Positions 9,008 through 19,030 of a stretch of DNA of 64,000 nucleotides are shown one piece after another. Location: positions 72,935-136,934 of IMG/VR virus record IMGVR_UViG_3300010163_000004. One strand, given 5' to 3'. The DNA comes from a virus (lineage: Duplodnaviria > Heunggongvirae > Uroviricota > Caudoviricetes). The notes beneath the pieces were generated by a model. That model ran no database searches. It was not told where the DNA came from and saw nothing but the letters and a program-made list of their open reading frames with translations. The first letter of the stretch is position 1, and the number at the start of each line of letters is the position of its first letter. Made by a program: the position numbers and the translations under genes.

Positions 9008-10523
9008 GAGAATATTCTTTCTTCAAGATGCCATCTTCAAAGACGGTCTCTAAGTATCCCTCTTTTTCCTCCTCGATTGAGACCTGGTCGGTAGCAGTAT
9101 ACTTCCCATCCAAACCTTTATAGACAGCAATCAAACCTTTCAAAGAGTTCTTAGTACCATCATCAGTTTTAGGATGTTTGAAGATTTCTTTCAACTCGCC
9201 ATTTACTACGCAAGCAGTAGCCTTAATAGCAAACCCAAGGCTATCTCTACTTGCATACTGATAGGAATATGAACCTACTCCCAGAACGAGATTACAAGCC
9301 GCCATATGAGCGTTTTCCAATCTCAAGTAGATTTGCTTTTGACGTTCCAGAGTAATAGAATCTCCATAAAGCAGACCAACCTTAGTGCTAGGATAGCAGT
9401 AATCCTTCGAAGTAGTATTCCACCCGAAGATTTTGCCAAGCATATAATATGCTCCATAATATTGACCTTCAGATACTTCAACATACTCTGCATCGTCATT
9501 AAATGGAGCATAGCAGCAATAATACTTACCTTCTTTCATTCTAGTATTGAAATGGGGATTAGTTCTCAATCCACAGATTATATCTACTGGGTCTCCACTA
9601 TCAGGACGGATTACTACTCTACCATCACGAGCCATAATGTCTTTTTTCAACTTGGGCAAGAAATTTTCAATTACATTCCAGAAATCCCAAGTATCAGATA
9701 CAATAGAAACAAACCCAGAAGGATACAAATCATTAATTAGACGTTTGAAAGTACCTAGCTCATCTTCCTCCCCTCCAGCACACATTACAGAGTGTTCTGT
9801 TGCTGGAACTGTAGCAGCAATCAATTCCTCGTCTGAATTAGCTCCATAATATTCTTCCAGAGCAGCAATAGCTGGGATAGTCTCACTTCCCACAAAAGAA
9901 GTCATATGTGCCATACCAGATATGATTGCAGCCTCCATACCAGCCATACCTCGCATTGAGAAATCATGGCAGCAAAAACTAAGATTTACATCTGTTGGAA
10001 AACCAGTCTTACAGGCATGACGATGTAACTCTTTCTTATAGAGTCTAGCTCTAGTAGCAGATGTGCATGGCATCCACAGAGTACAACTAATAATAGTCTC
10101 TAGGTAATTAGTTAACCAAAAGAACTCAGGTAAGGTATTCGTAATGGTCATCATAGGAACCCGAATAGGGCACACAGAACCTTCAGGAAGAGCCTTTATA
10201 CGAATTGGTAGATACCCAAGGTCATATAAAGCTTCAATATGTCTGTACCCAACGGATTCAATACCAACAAAGTTGTATACTCTACGATAGAACATCTCCA
10301 CAGCTTCCCTCTTTGGCAGATTAAAGAAGTTTTCTTGAAACTGTTTAATGAGATATTCCTTGATTAGGTATTGAATACCAAATACTACTGAACCTTCGGT
10401 TGCTTCTGGGAAGTATTTATTACTTCTAGGAGTCCAGTTACTATAAACTTGTTCAGTACCTTCTGGGTACATTCTGTGATGGCTTAATTTGTAACCATCA
10501 GTATAACAAATAATTTCTTTCAT
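8970..10523 (-). CDS. nadV: nicotinamide phosphoribosyltransferase (NadV/NAMPT)
   Basis: 517 aa. N-terminus MKEIICYTDGYKLSHHRMYPEGTEQVYSNWTPRS is the characteristic NAMPT start. Length is typical. Lies adjacent to Prs. Confidence 0.8.
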   Translation of the reverse strand: MKEIICYTDGYKLSHHRMYPEGTEQVYSNWTPRSNKYFPEATEGSVVFGIQYLIKEYLIKQFQENFFNLPKREAVEMFYRRVYNFVGIESVGYRHIEALYDLGYLPIRIKALPEGSVCPIRVPMMTITNTLPEFFWLTNYLETIISCTLWMPCTSATRARLYKKELHRHACKTGFPTDVNLSFCCHDFSMRGMAGMEAAIISGMAHMTSFVGSETIPAIAALEEYYGANSDEELIAATVPATEHSVMCAGGEEDELGTFKRLINDLYPSGFVSIVSDTWDFWNVIENFLPKLKKDIMARDGRVVIRPDSGDPVDIICGLRTNPHFNTRMKEGKYYCCYAPFNDDAEYVEVSEGQYYGAYYMLGKIFGWNTTSKDYCYPSTKVGLLYGDSITLERQKQIYLRLENAHMAACNLVLGVGSYSYQYASRDSLGFAIKATACVVNGELKEIFKHPKTDDGTKNSLKGLIAVYKGLDGKYTATDQVSIEEEKEGYLETVFEDGILKKEYSLEEIRQRIDNGL

Positions 10524-10852
10524 GTTTTAAATATAATTATTTAATTTCAGCCATTTCTTATATCCATAAAACCACTGATTTCCTTTTCTAACTCTTAAAG
10601 AACCTGTATTAACAAATATATCTACAATTCCGTGATCTTGTGTATGTAAGCTATATTGTCCATATAATGGTTCCTCTATTTTAAGTATTAGCGGATTTTT
10701 ATTTAGTTTAGGAAGTAATTTACATTTGAATGAAGCTACTAGTATTTCCTTTCTTTTTGTCCTTTCTTCCTTGCGAGCTTCATTTATGTCTCTCCAATAA
10801 TCTCCTACGTCTCCCATAATATATGATTATAATTGTAATAACCCTATTTCTT

Positions 10853-11491
10853 TCATTTTATATACTTATTTACGTATTTTACATATATATCATCAACGCG
10901 CTTTATTGATTCTTTTAGAGAATATCCATTCTTGTAATTCTTTAGAACAAGTCCTATATAAATCTTACTTTTACGATGAATTTTCATTTTTGACTTGTTC
11001 TCTTTCCACCAATCATATTCATTTCTAGGATTAGACCCATAAGTTTTACAAGCAGCTAAATAATCACAAATAAGCTCGATAACGTATTTCTTTGGCATTT
11101 CGGCAGCAATACCTCCATCATCCAAACTATGAATCCAATACTCATAGTGATGAGGATTTCTACCTCTATGATGTAAAAAGGTTTCAGAGTATCCATTTAT
11201 ATTCTTTTCATTAGCTAAAGAGCTTATTTTATCATCCCAATACTTTATAGATCTACTAAATTCAGTATAACTAAATTTAGACCAGTCATGTATTATTCCT
11301 TGCCAGTAAAGACCTAACTGGAAACAATAGTATGCTACCCAATATTTGTGCTTAAGAATTCTAATTAAATGTTTAAATACTCGCATTCTATTATTCAGGT
11401 TTCCTTGACCATAGTATAATGTAATCTCTGCTAGTTTTTCCATTATACCATAATAAAACGCTATCCTCGCTAATATCCACATAAGGATCAA
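10853..11491 (-). CDS. hypothetical protein (212 aa)
   Basis: ORF track. Confidence 0.55.
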   Translation of the reverse strand: MILMWILARIAFYYGIMEKLAEITLYYGQGNLNNRMRVFKHLIRILKHKYWVAYYCFQLGLYWQGIIHDWSKFSYTEFSRSIKYWDDKISSLANEKNINGYSETFLHHRGRNPHHYEYWIHSLDDGGIAAEMPKKYVIELICDYLAACKTYGSNPRNEYDWWKENKSKMKIHRKSKIYIGLVLKNYKNGYSLKESIKRVDDIYVKYVNKYIK

Positions 11492-11652
11492 AGTAAGCGA
11501 AGATAGCTATTAACACAAATATAATAAATAAAGCAACCATAATTATCTACCTTTGATAGACCCAGGTCTAGTAGTTGAGTCTTTATATCTTTGAGGTTGC
11601 TTATCCCACCACTGTTGTCTTGCTAGAAGTCTAGCTTTCATTTTACGTACTT

Positions 11653-12669
11653 TCATTGTTCTGTTACAATTATAATTCTGTTAAATTCTCTATCTCCAAA
11701 CTCAGTAGTGCTTCCGCAGCCTTTAACTATAAGCTTACCCTCTGGAGCGCCATAACTAATAAGGGCCTTCTTCATAGATTCTGCTCTAGCTACAGCTAAG
11801 TTGTTATTAAAATCTACTGGACCTTCTTCAGAAGCATATCCTTCAATCATATATGACTTACCACTATTTGAAATATAAGCTGCTAACTCCGATACTGCAA
11901 CATTAGAAGTTGTAGAGATTTCAGAAGAGTTCTGTATGAACTGAATTTTAGGTGTAAGAAGTTCTACCTTAGTAACTACTATAGTATCAGTTTTAATTAT
12001 TTCTACTGGTTTACGAGATTCTAATTCGCTATTCTTAGCTCTCAACTCGTTAATAGCAGCATTAAGACTTTCTACTTCAGTGTCACTATATAGTTTCATC
12101 ATAGGAAAGTTTCCTTTACTAGACTTAAATCGGTAAGTAGCTCCAACATAAACATTTACTTCCTGATTTAGAGGAGTAGTCTTTGGAAGTAGTATATACT
12201 CTGGAGTAACATTTAGTGCCCAATTATCGGTAATATTAAAGTTGCATCTAATTGCACCTCTTGCAGATACATTATTATAAACATCACCATAAGTATGATA
12301 CCAACCAGCACCTATCAGTAATATAGGCTCAAATAAACGTCTAGAACCTTCGTATCCACAAATAAGATTAGTTAGATTAGTAGTTACATTAGCTGTAAGG
12401 TTATGAGAATCGAAGAACGTTTTATTGCCTTGATTCATACCCGCCATCATATCCAACTCCAGTCCAAAGATAGGAGTAATTTCTTTACCTACAGCAATAT
12501 TTACTAATACATCATGAGGCTCCGCCCAACTTCTTGAGTTATCCCAAATTGTAGTACCTACATTACCAGAAACATACCAGTTATCTTTCAAACTTCCAGT
12601 TTCAACAACTTGTGCACCAGCAAACGCGCACATTAAACACAAACAAATAATACTAAAAATTTTCTTCAT
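11653..12669 (-). CDS. OmpA-family outer-membrane protein (signal peptide, beta-barrel region, C-terminal OmpA peptidoglycan-binding domain)
   Basis: 338 aa. Signal peptide MKKIFSIICLCLMCAFAGAQ. C-terminal YMIEGYASEEGPVDFNNNLAVARAESMKKAL matches the OmpA_C motif. Confidence 0.7.
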   Translation of the reverse strand: MKKIFSIICLCLMCAFAGAQVVETGSLKDNWYVSGNVGTTIWDNSRSWAEPHDVLVNIAVGKEITPIFGLELDMMAGMNQGNKTFFDSHNLTANVTTNLTNLICGYEGSRRLFEPILLIGAGWYHTYGDVYNNVSARGAIRCNFNITDNWALNVTPEYILLPKTTPLNQEVNVYVGATYRFKSSKGNFPMMKLYSDTEVESLNAAINELRAKNSELESRKPVEIIKTDTIVVTKVELLTPKIQFIQNSSEISTTSNVAVSELAAYISNSGKSYMIEGYASEEGPVDFNNNLAVARAESMKKALISYGAPEGKLIVKGCGSTTEFGDREFNRIIIVTEQ

Positions 12670-12703
12670 AATTCTATTAATTAAATTAATGATTGTAATA
12701 TTT

Positions 12704-13165
12704 CTATAATTTCTTTATGCAATTTTCTTTCTTAGTTTCATATTCCTGGCTGGCCTCTCTAGCTAACCTATCTGCGAGATTATTCATCTGAGAAAAGAAG
12801 TCTGAACTTGAAGTATGTCCTTTTACCCAACAAAAATCTATGTTAGAACAAAATTGTTTTGCCTTATCTAAGACTTTGTCATATAAACTCCATAACTTTA
12901 TATTCTTCTTTCTTTTCCATCCTTTAGTAGTACATCCTATAACGTACTGAGAATCTGAGTAAACAGTCAGAAATTCGATTTTACGACTTACTGCATTTAG
13001 AGCATAAATTACTGCTAACAACTCACATTTATTATTAGTAGTATTAGGAATCATTTTACTAAATTCATAGACTTTTTTACCATCTATTACGAACACAATC
13101 CCTATTCCTCCTGTGTTTCTAGAGGGACTAAAAGCTCCATCAGTAAAGACCTCTAGTCTACTCAT
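12704..13165 (-). CDS. rnhA: ribonuclease H (RNase HI). The ORF ends with TAG, followed 5 codons later by an in-frame TAA.
   Basis: 153 aa. VFTDGA...NNKCELLAVIYAL...TVYSDSQYV...WVKGH...LADRLA are the RNase H catalytic motifs. Confidence 0.85.
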   Translation of the reverse strand: MSRLEVFTDGAFSPSRNTGGIGIVFVIDGKKVYEFSKMIPNTTNNKCELLAVIYALNAVSRKIEFLTVYSDSQYVIGCTTKGWKRKKNIKLWSLYDKVLDKAKQFCSNIDFCWVKGHTSSSDFFSQMNNLADRLAREASQEYETKKENCIKKL

Positions 13166-13553
13166 TAGTGGTATTTACTCTCATATTAGTTCCAAGTAAT
13201 ATTGCTATCTTTAGCAAATCGTCTTGATTGTCACAAAATATATTATCTAAAATATAGTTTGCGTAATCAACAATTCTAACTCTCTTTCCTATAGCACCGT
13301 ATTTTTCGTTAAGCCATTTAAGCTGAGGGGCAAAATCTTCTAGGTCATCCCCTAAATGCCGTAAAGCCTTCCTAATAGGAACAGGAAACCACATTTTCTC
13401 TTTTATCCAGTCTAAATGACAATAACCAAACGCAAATGCTCTACTTAAATCCTTCTGAATAAACTCGTCTAACTCGAAATTTCTCTCATGCCTACCAGCT
13501 TCCTCGAAATCATCTTTCAAATCCTCACAAAAAATCTGATTAAATTTAATCAT
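13158..13553 (-). CDS. hypothetical protein (131 aa). Stop codon is TAG, with a backup TGA 5 codons downstream.
   Basis: ORF track. Stop checked by hand. Confidence 0.55.
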   Translation of the reverse strand: MIKFNQIFCEDLKDDFEEAGRHERNFELDEFIQKDLSRAFAFGYCHLDWIKEKMWFPVPIRKALRHLGDDLEDFAPQLKWLNEKYGAIGKRVRIVDYANYILDNIFCDNQDDLLKIAILLGTNMRVNTTNE

Positions 13554-13944
13554 AACTCCAAGTTTCTAGGCAAGCTATGAGTTCCAATATCCCATGTCTG
13601 CAAATAACCTTAAATGGTCCAGTAGCTATAGAAAGATAAGGATTTTTGTTGTCATTGTACAGCTTCATTACTTCTCTTAGTAATGTACTAGCATTTCTGG
13701 ATAGTTCATAAAGGGTAGGAACTCTGTATTCATGTGGATTTATGTACATTTTCCATGTACTTTTGCTTATACAGTGACCCTCGTCATCATATTCTCTATG
13801 ACTCTTGTTCCACTGCATATACTCCAGAACCTTATCAAAATCAAAGTTCTTCATAATGCTTTTGTATTGTTCCTCCAATGGGGGACAATCATCCTTTGTC
13901 AGGACCGTTCTTTTTGTTTTGCTCATTTTTGTAACAATTAACAA
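13546..13944 (-). CDS. hypothetical protein (132 aa)
   Basis: ORF track. Confidence 0.55.
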   Translation of the reverse strand: MLIVTKMSKTKRTVLTKDDCPPLEEQYKSIMKNFDFDKVLEYMQWNKSHREYDDEGHCISKSTWKMYINPHEYRVPTLYELSRNASTLLREVMKLYNDNKNPYLSIATGPFKVICRHGILELIACLETWSYD

Positions 13945-14230
13945 GATTCTGTAAGTTGGACAACTTATCAGTTCTTACACTAACTAGTAGTCCACCCTTA
14001 CGTAAGTTGTAACTAAGTTTAATTCCGCAATGATTTAGAATTTCAATAAATTCTCTCAACGCGCTTCCCTTTAACACATTTCTGTAGACTAGTTTCTGAC
14101 CATCTTGATATCCTGCTCGATAGTATTCATTCGCAACATCAGAAATAAGCCATCGCTTAATAGGAGATACCCTACTTAAGAGTTCATTGACTCTGGTTGC
14201 GATAAAATCCATATTACCGAATACTATCAA
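13889..14230 (-). CDS. hypothetical protein (113 aa)
   Basis: ORF track. Confidence 0.5.
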   Translation of the reverse strand: MIVFGNMDFIATRVNELLSRVSPIKRWLISDVANEYYRAGYQDGQKLVYRNVLKGSALREFIEILNHCGIKLSYNLRKGGLLVSVRTDKLSNLQNLVNCYKNEQNKKNGPDKG

Positions 14231-14389
14231 TTACAAGACTATCTACACTTAGAGTGTTTGTACTCATTGTGTCAGCAACTTCTTTAACGATAGAATCGTT
14301 TTCTGGAGCCTGAGTTTTTGTATTACCTGCACAAGCAGACATCAGCGCAACCATTCCAAAAAGCAATAGTACTTTCTTCATTTTCTTAA

Positions 14390-14855
14390 TTTAAATTAGT
14401 TAATAATCATTTTATCCATCAAAAAAAAGAGTGGTTCCAGTATCTGTGCTTCACCAGATACCTTCCCCACTCCTATCACCCCGAAGAGCTTGTACCATTA
14501 TTAGGTTGGCCAACCTCCCTCTTCATCTTGTTGAGAATTTGGGATAATAGTCACCAAGTTTAAAGATTACTTGTAACTGAAGCAAAAGGCTAGAATCCCC
14601 GAAGGGGTTCCGTAACTCCTTCAACACGTGGTTGACGAGCTATGTAGGAAGCTAACGCGCAGGCAAAGATGAAGCCGTAGTCAAAGACCTAGCTACACTA
14701 ACAAAGACTAAGACAAAGGCTCTCAATTAGAGAGTGAGTTGTAAATTTTTGTGCAGCCAGCGAATAAAGATTAAATCCATGCGGATTTAAAAATATACTG
14801 TTCATAATTATTCCTGTTAAGTATGTTATGTTAGCTTCCTACGGAAGTCCTCTAA
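14390..14855 (-). ncRNA. Candidate structured non-coding RNA (minus sense): two UUCG tetraloop hairpins, several other hairpins and a 13-bp long-range helix
   Basis: Long-range pairing of 14644-14656 (gtaggaagctaac) with 14830-14842 (gttagcttcctac). UUCG loops around 14477-14489 and 14595-14609. Palindrome ggttggccaacc around 14505. No ORF. More GC-rich than surrounding sequence. Confidence 0.4.
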
Positions 14856-15773
14856 TTACTTAGAGGAAGAATCACCTTGTCTCTTGATCTCTTCAAAAGT
14901 ATCCAAGAGATCTTTAGGCAAAGCGATTTTTAGTTTGGAAATATGTTCCATTTCAGAAGTTTTCCAACTATTGAAACGACTTCTCAATTCTCCTAATTCG
15001 GAGGTATATCTGTCGTATCTTGCTTTAAATTCAGCTATCTTTTCACGATACTCTTGTTCTTGAGCGTTAGAAAGTTTGTTAACTTCCTCCTTAAGCTCAG
15101 CTTTAAGAGCATTTAATTCCTTTTCGTAAGAACGATAGGTATCTTGAAGAGACATGAACATATTATCTACTTTTTCTACTTCGATAGTAGGGTTTTGGTA
15201 GTAGAGAATTAAGTCTCTTCCAGAGCCTTCCTTATAGATAGGACAATTCTCAGCTGCATGAACTTCTTTTCGTGCCTTACTAAAGGCTCCTTTTGGATGA
15301 ATATACTTTCCATATGTAGAAGCAAACGCCTCTAATCTTAGGAATTTATTTCTCTTGTTAATATCCCACGACTTTATGATAGTTTCTTCAGTCGGAGAAG
15401 GTAGAGCTTCTGGATACTTAGGCGGCTCTGGCAGCCCTATTCCCTGACTTTCTGCCCAATCTTCAAGTGTAGTAGCAGATACTTTGCCAATCATTCCTTC
15501 TTTCTCTTTGATAGCTTCTCGTACCCAAGCACAGAAACTATTCATGGCAGCAACCTTTTCCAAATCGTCTTTAATAAAGCTAAGGGAATTTTGTCCTGCT
15601 GTCATTAGCTGCTTTTCTCCTCCACCAATAGAGGCCACAGATACTTGAAAGAATCTCACATTATTCAAACGTTCCTGTGCTGCTTGAATCATTTCTTGTG
15701 CGATGTTCGCATAGAAGTTTGCTGACGTAGAAGTCAGTCCTTCATTTCCAAAAAATACACTGTTCATAATCAT
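14856..15773 (-). CDS. hypothetical protein (305 aa, C-terminal coiled coil)
   Basis: ORF track. Confidence 0.6.
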   Translation of the reverse strand: MIMNSVFFGNEGLTSTSANFYANIAQEMIQAAQERLNNVRFFQVSVASIGGGEKQLMTAGQNSLSFIKDDLEKVAAMNSFCAWVREAIKEKEGMIGKVSATTLEDWAESQGIGLPEPPKYPEALPSPTEETIIKSWDINKRNKFLRLEAFASTYGKYIHPKGAFSKARKEVHAAENCPIYKEGSGRDLILYYQNPTIEVEKVDNMFMSLQDTYRSYEKELNALKAELKEEVNKLSNAQEQEYREKIAEFKARYDRYTSELGELRSRFNSWKTSEMEHISKLKIALPKDLLDTFEEIKRQGDSSSK

Positions 15774-15799
15774 TAATTTTTATTTGTTATTTCAATAAG

Positions 15800-15884
15800 T
15801 AGTCCAAGAGGGACTCGAACCCTCACGGGCATTCTGCCCACCGCAGTTTAAGTGCGACTCCTATACCAATTCGGATATTGGACC
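15800..15884 (-). tRNA. tRNA-Leu(UAA), type II (long variable arm)
   Basis: Hand-folded cloverleaf: acceptor GGTCCAA/TTGGACT, anticodon loop CTTAAAC, A73, T-loop GGTTCGAGTCC. Confidence 0.75.
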
Positions 15885-16254
15885 AAATAAAGTAGCTATT
15901 CTCACGAACCAATACTTTTAATACTATTAACTAATGTTTCTGTTCAATTATACAATTGTAAATGTTAATCTTAAAGTTAATTTTTGTTAAGGATACCCTT
16001 ACAAAAGTCAATAAATCTATCTACATTGTATCCATAATCAATATAGTTAGAACTTTTTTCTATAGTAGATAATACGTCTTCTACATTGTATAATTCCATT
16101 TCTTCTATGGGATATCCTTCACCGTGTACACAGTTACTATGGCCTCCTGCTGTAAGCCAGACAGATCCATCAAATTTGCAACATAGACATAATTTAATCC
16201 CAGCGTCCAATAATCTCTTTCTTACAGAGGGGCAATTTATCTTTAATATAGCTA

Positions 16255-16641
16255 TCATTTTATTCTAGTAACATTATAGACCCAAGATACATCAGAAAAA
16301 TCAACATATATCTGAGAGTTTCCACTATTTTCAACTCGTAGTCTTAAATATCCCCTATCGAAGTCTTGATCTATTACAGTAAACTTAACTTGCTGACCAC
16401 CAGAATCCCTTGGAGATGCTACTTGCTCTAATACTTTATAGACTTGAGTGTCCTTACTATATACTACAATAATATCTTCCGACAAGTCAAACTTGATATT
16501 TATGTTAACAGATTGCCAGTCTGTCCATTCATATCCTTGGAATTTTATAGCAAACTCTGTAGCTTTATACCATTGAGTTTGAGCTTGGACTGCTCCTATA
16601 CAGAACAGTCCAAACATAATTATTACTATAATTCTTTTCAT
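16255..16641 (-). CDS. small secreted protein (signal peptide)
   Basis: ORF track. N-terminus MKRIIVIIMFGLFCIGAVQAQ. Confidence 0.55.
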   Translation of the reverse strand: MKRIIVIIMFGLFCIGAVQAQTQWYKATEFAIKFQGYEWTDWQSVNINIKFDLSEDIIVVYSKDTQVYKVLEQVASPRDSGGQQVKFTVIDQDFDRGYLRLRVENSGNSQIYVDFSDVSWVYNVTRIK

Positions 16642-17012
16642 CCTAGTTCAGCAAGCCTTTGTCTGATTTCATCTTCGGACATACTTTCCATTTTCTCAGA
16701 CTGCTTTTTAGCTAGCAGTTCAGTCAAGCGTGCCTTTTCAGCTGCCTTGTCTTTAGCTTCTTCTCTAGCGGCCTTATCTTTCAACTTATCTGTGATTACA
16801 TCTTTCACAATGTTGAACTTCAACTTCAGTTCGCTATTGCTAGGAGTATCATTAGTTATGAAAGATTTTCTAGGACTTTTAGCTAATTCTTCGTCATAGG
16901 ACACTGCCAGCCTGTCCAATGCAGGCAGACTTAAGTCCCACAAATCTTCCACACTCAAATTACCTTTACTAGTTGCGAAGCGCAACTTCATTTTAGATGC
17001 TTGTTTGTACAT
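16638..17012 (-). CDS. hypothetical protein (124 aa, Lys/Glu-rich)
   Basis: ORF track. Confidence 0.5.
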   Translation of the reverse strand: MYKQASKMKLRFATSKGNLSVEDLWDLSLPALDRLAVSYDEELAKSPRKSFITNDTPSNSELKLKFNIVKDVITDKLKDKAAREEAKDKAAEKARLTELLAKKQSEKMESMSEDEIRQRLAELG

Positions 17013-17014
17013 AA

Positions 17015-19030
17015 TTAGAATTTAATTTTAAATAGTTTATTATTAACTTTAACTACAACCTCATCGTGAGACGTACTAGAGAATCCTAGTCCACTCAACT
17101 GGTTATCATTGTATTCTGCTTTAGCTCTAGAGCCAATAGCTTCGAATACTCTCTTATGATCTTTTTCGAGATCAGGTCTCAGATATTCATTAAAGAATCC
17201 TCGAACTGGGTCAGGATTTTTACATCCATCAATCATGAAGAATAGGTGCTTGTTTCCTATTTCATTACCTTCCCAATAATTTGGGGAATACATGATGCAA
17301 GAAACAGTTTGGAAGCGCATAGTATCAATGCCCCACTCGTTCATAGACTTGTATGAAGTTGCACCTTCAGCAATTACTGGACTTAGGGTTATATTACCAC
17401 TAGAATCCACATTAATAATCGCTACTGTAATATATTTTTTGTCTGGCACCATCTTATCATAGTTGAACTTATGAAGTTCTCCATTGATTTCGATTTCTAC
17501 CTCGAATCCAAAGTCTATGGATTCTCTTTTGCAGAAGTTATGCACCCTTACTACATATCGACCCGATCCGAATCTAGATTGGTCAGCCCAGATAATATTC
17601 TCTACTGCATCTCTAGTTTTACAAGAACCAGCATTCATATCTACATCTAATTTGCCTCCAGATATCCCTCCCTTACATCCAAAATAGATTTCACTACCGT
17701 TAGGTTCTGTTACATGGAGATCAAGATCATCATAGTTAAACCAATGCAGAGAACATCTTAGGAATCCATTTACGTTACCACCTGCTGCTTTTACTTTCTC
17801 CTTGAATGAATCTGCCATAGAGCCATTATACACCCAGGCGAAGTTATTCTTCCATTTGAACAGCTGACCTGCATCAGGGTTCTCTGGAGCAGTTAGGGTA
17901 ACAAAATTAGGAATATGCTTATTCTCAACAAGAATTTGCACATCCTTAGAATGTGGCAATACATTAGTTACAAACTCTGAAATTGAGATTTCAGTAGCTT
18001 TGGTATACTCTTTAGGATTAACCGTTGAGGTCTCTTTTAAAGAGTCAAATATACCTCCCTTCATACGTGCACGAGTATCTCTGTTTACAAATAGTACATC
18101 ATTCACAGAAATATCTTCTACACGAGCATGACGGCGAGGAAGAGCATCAGTTAGCCCAAGCTCCTCAACTTTCTTCTGAGCAGCCTCGATCTGTTTCTTA
18201 GTAATAAGAGCAGTAGGTCTCTTATAGTTAGATGGAGCCATAATGTTCTCATAAGACTTAACAGCTCTTTCTAGGTCTACACCATTACTTAAGTCAATCA
18301 GCAGAGTTCCCATAGCTGTATTTCTAATTTTAGCTATTGGAGATTTGAAGTTAAACCAACAATAGTTAGTGCGGACCTCTGGTGAGAGATTATCGGCCTC
18401 AAGCATAGTTCTTCTGAACTCTTGCAGAGTCTTTAGGAATTCTTCTCCGCGATAGAGATTATTATCCTCTATCAACTCAATTACAGTTTCTACCGCACTT
18501 AGTTTAAGCTCGGAAAGAGAACGTTCAAAGACACTAGCTCTAGCTCTAACATCTCCGCGATAACCTGCGGCAGAGTCGAAATGATGTACTCTCTTGTTGA
18601 ATTTAAACTTGTTAGGAATAGTCACGTACAAGTGAGTCCAAGTTCTAGTAGTTCCATCAGGAAGAAGTTGCACATTATGATCACAACCGTGAAACTCATT
18701 AACACTCTGAATGAATATATCTCCTATTCCAGCTTCCTTAACAAGTTTAGCCAAATCAGATGCGGTCTTTTCATAGCCAGGAGTGTGGACATCATCCCAG
18801 AAGGTTTTCACCTTGTAGGTTTGAGGGTCTATAGCGACTACCTTGCCATAGTGACGTATGAAAGACTTACAAGCATTACAATTATGTTCCTGACGAATTG
18901 TTTCATCTTCAAAGGAGAGGAGATAACTCATCCACAAAAGGTCTTTGTCCACATTAACTACGAATAAATTATCTGCAATCATAGCATTGAAAGCAGACTC
19001 CACATCTTTCTTAAAATCTTTAAAATTCAT
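17015..19030 (-). CDS. large hypothetical protein (671 aa), function not recognised
   Basis: ORF track. Uninterrupted in standard code. No confident motif match. Confidence 0.7.
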   Translation of the reverse strand: MNFKDFKKDVESAFNAMIADNLFVVNVDKDLLWMSYLLSFEDETIRQEHNCNACKSFIRHYGKVVAIDPQTYKVKTFWDDVHTPGYEKTASDLAKLVKEAGIGDIFIQSVNEFHGCDHNVQLLPDGTTRTWTHLYVTIPNKFKFNKRVHHFDSAAGYRGDVRARASVFERSLSELKLSAVETVIELIEDNNLYRGEEFLKTLQEFRRTMLEADNLSPEVRTNYCWFNFKSPIAKIRNTAMGTLLIDLSNGVDLERAVKSYENIMAPSNYKRPTALITKKQIEAAQKKVEELGLTDALPRRHARVEDISVNDVLFVNRDTRARMKGGIFDSLKETSTVNPKEYTKATEISISEFVTNVLPHSKDVQILVENKHIPNFVTLTAPENPDAGQLFKWKNNFAWVYNGSMADSFKEKVKAAGGNVNGFLRCSLHWFNYDDLDLHVTEPNGSEIYFGCKGGISGGKLDVDMNAGSCKTRDAVENIIWADQSRFGSGRYVVRVHNFCKRESIDFGFEVEIEINGELHKFNYDKMVPDKKYITVAIINVDSSGNITLSPVIAEGATSYKSMNEWGIDTMRFQTVSCIMYSPNYWEGNEIGNKHLFFMIDGCKNPDPVRGFFNEYLRPDLEKDHKRVFEAIGSRAKAEYNDNQLSGLGFSSTSHDEVVVKVNNKLFKIKF

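Noticed and set aside
9306-9849. Plus-strand ORFs of 144 and 100 aa inside nadV
   Set aside because: They are antisense to a well-supported 517-aa NAMPT gene. No independent support.
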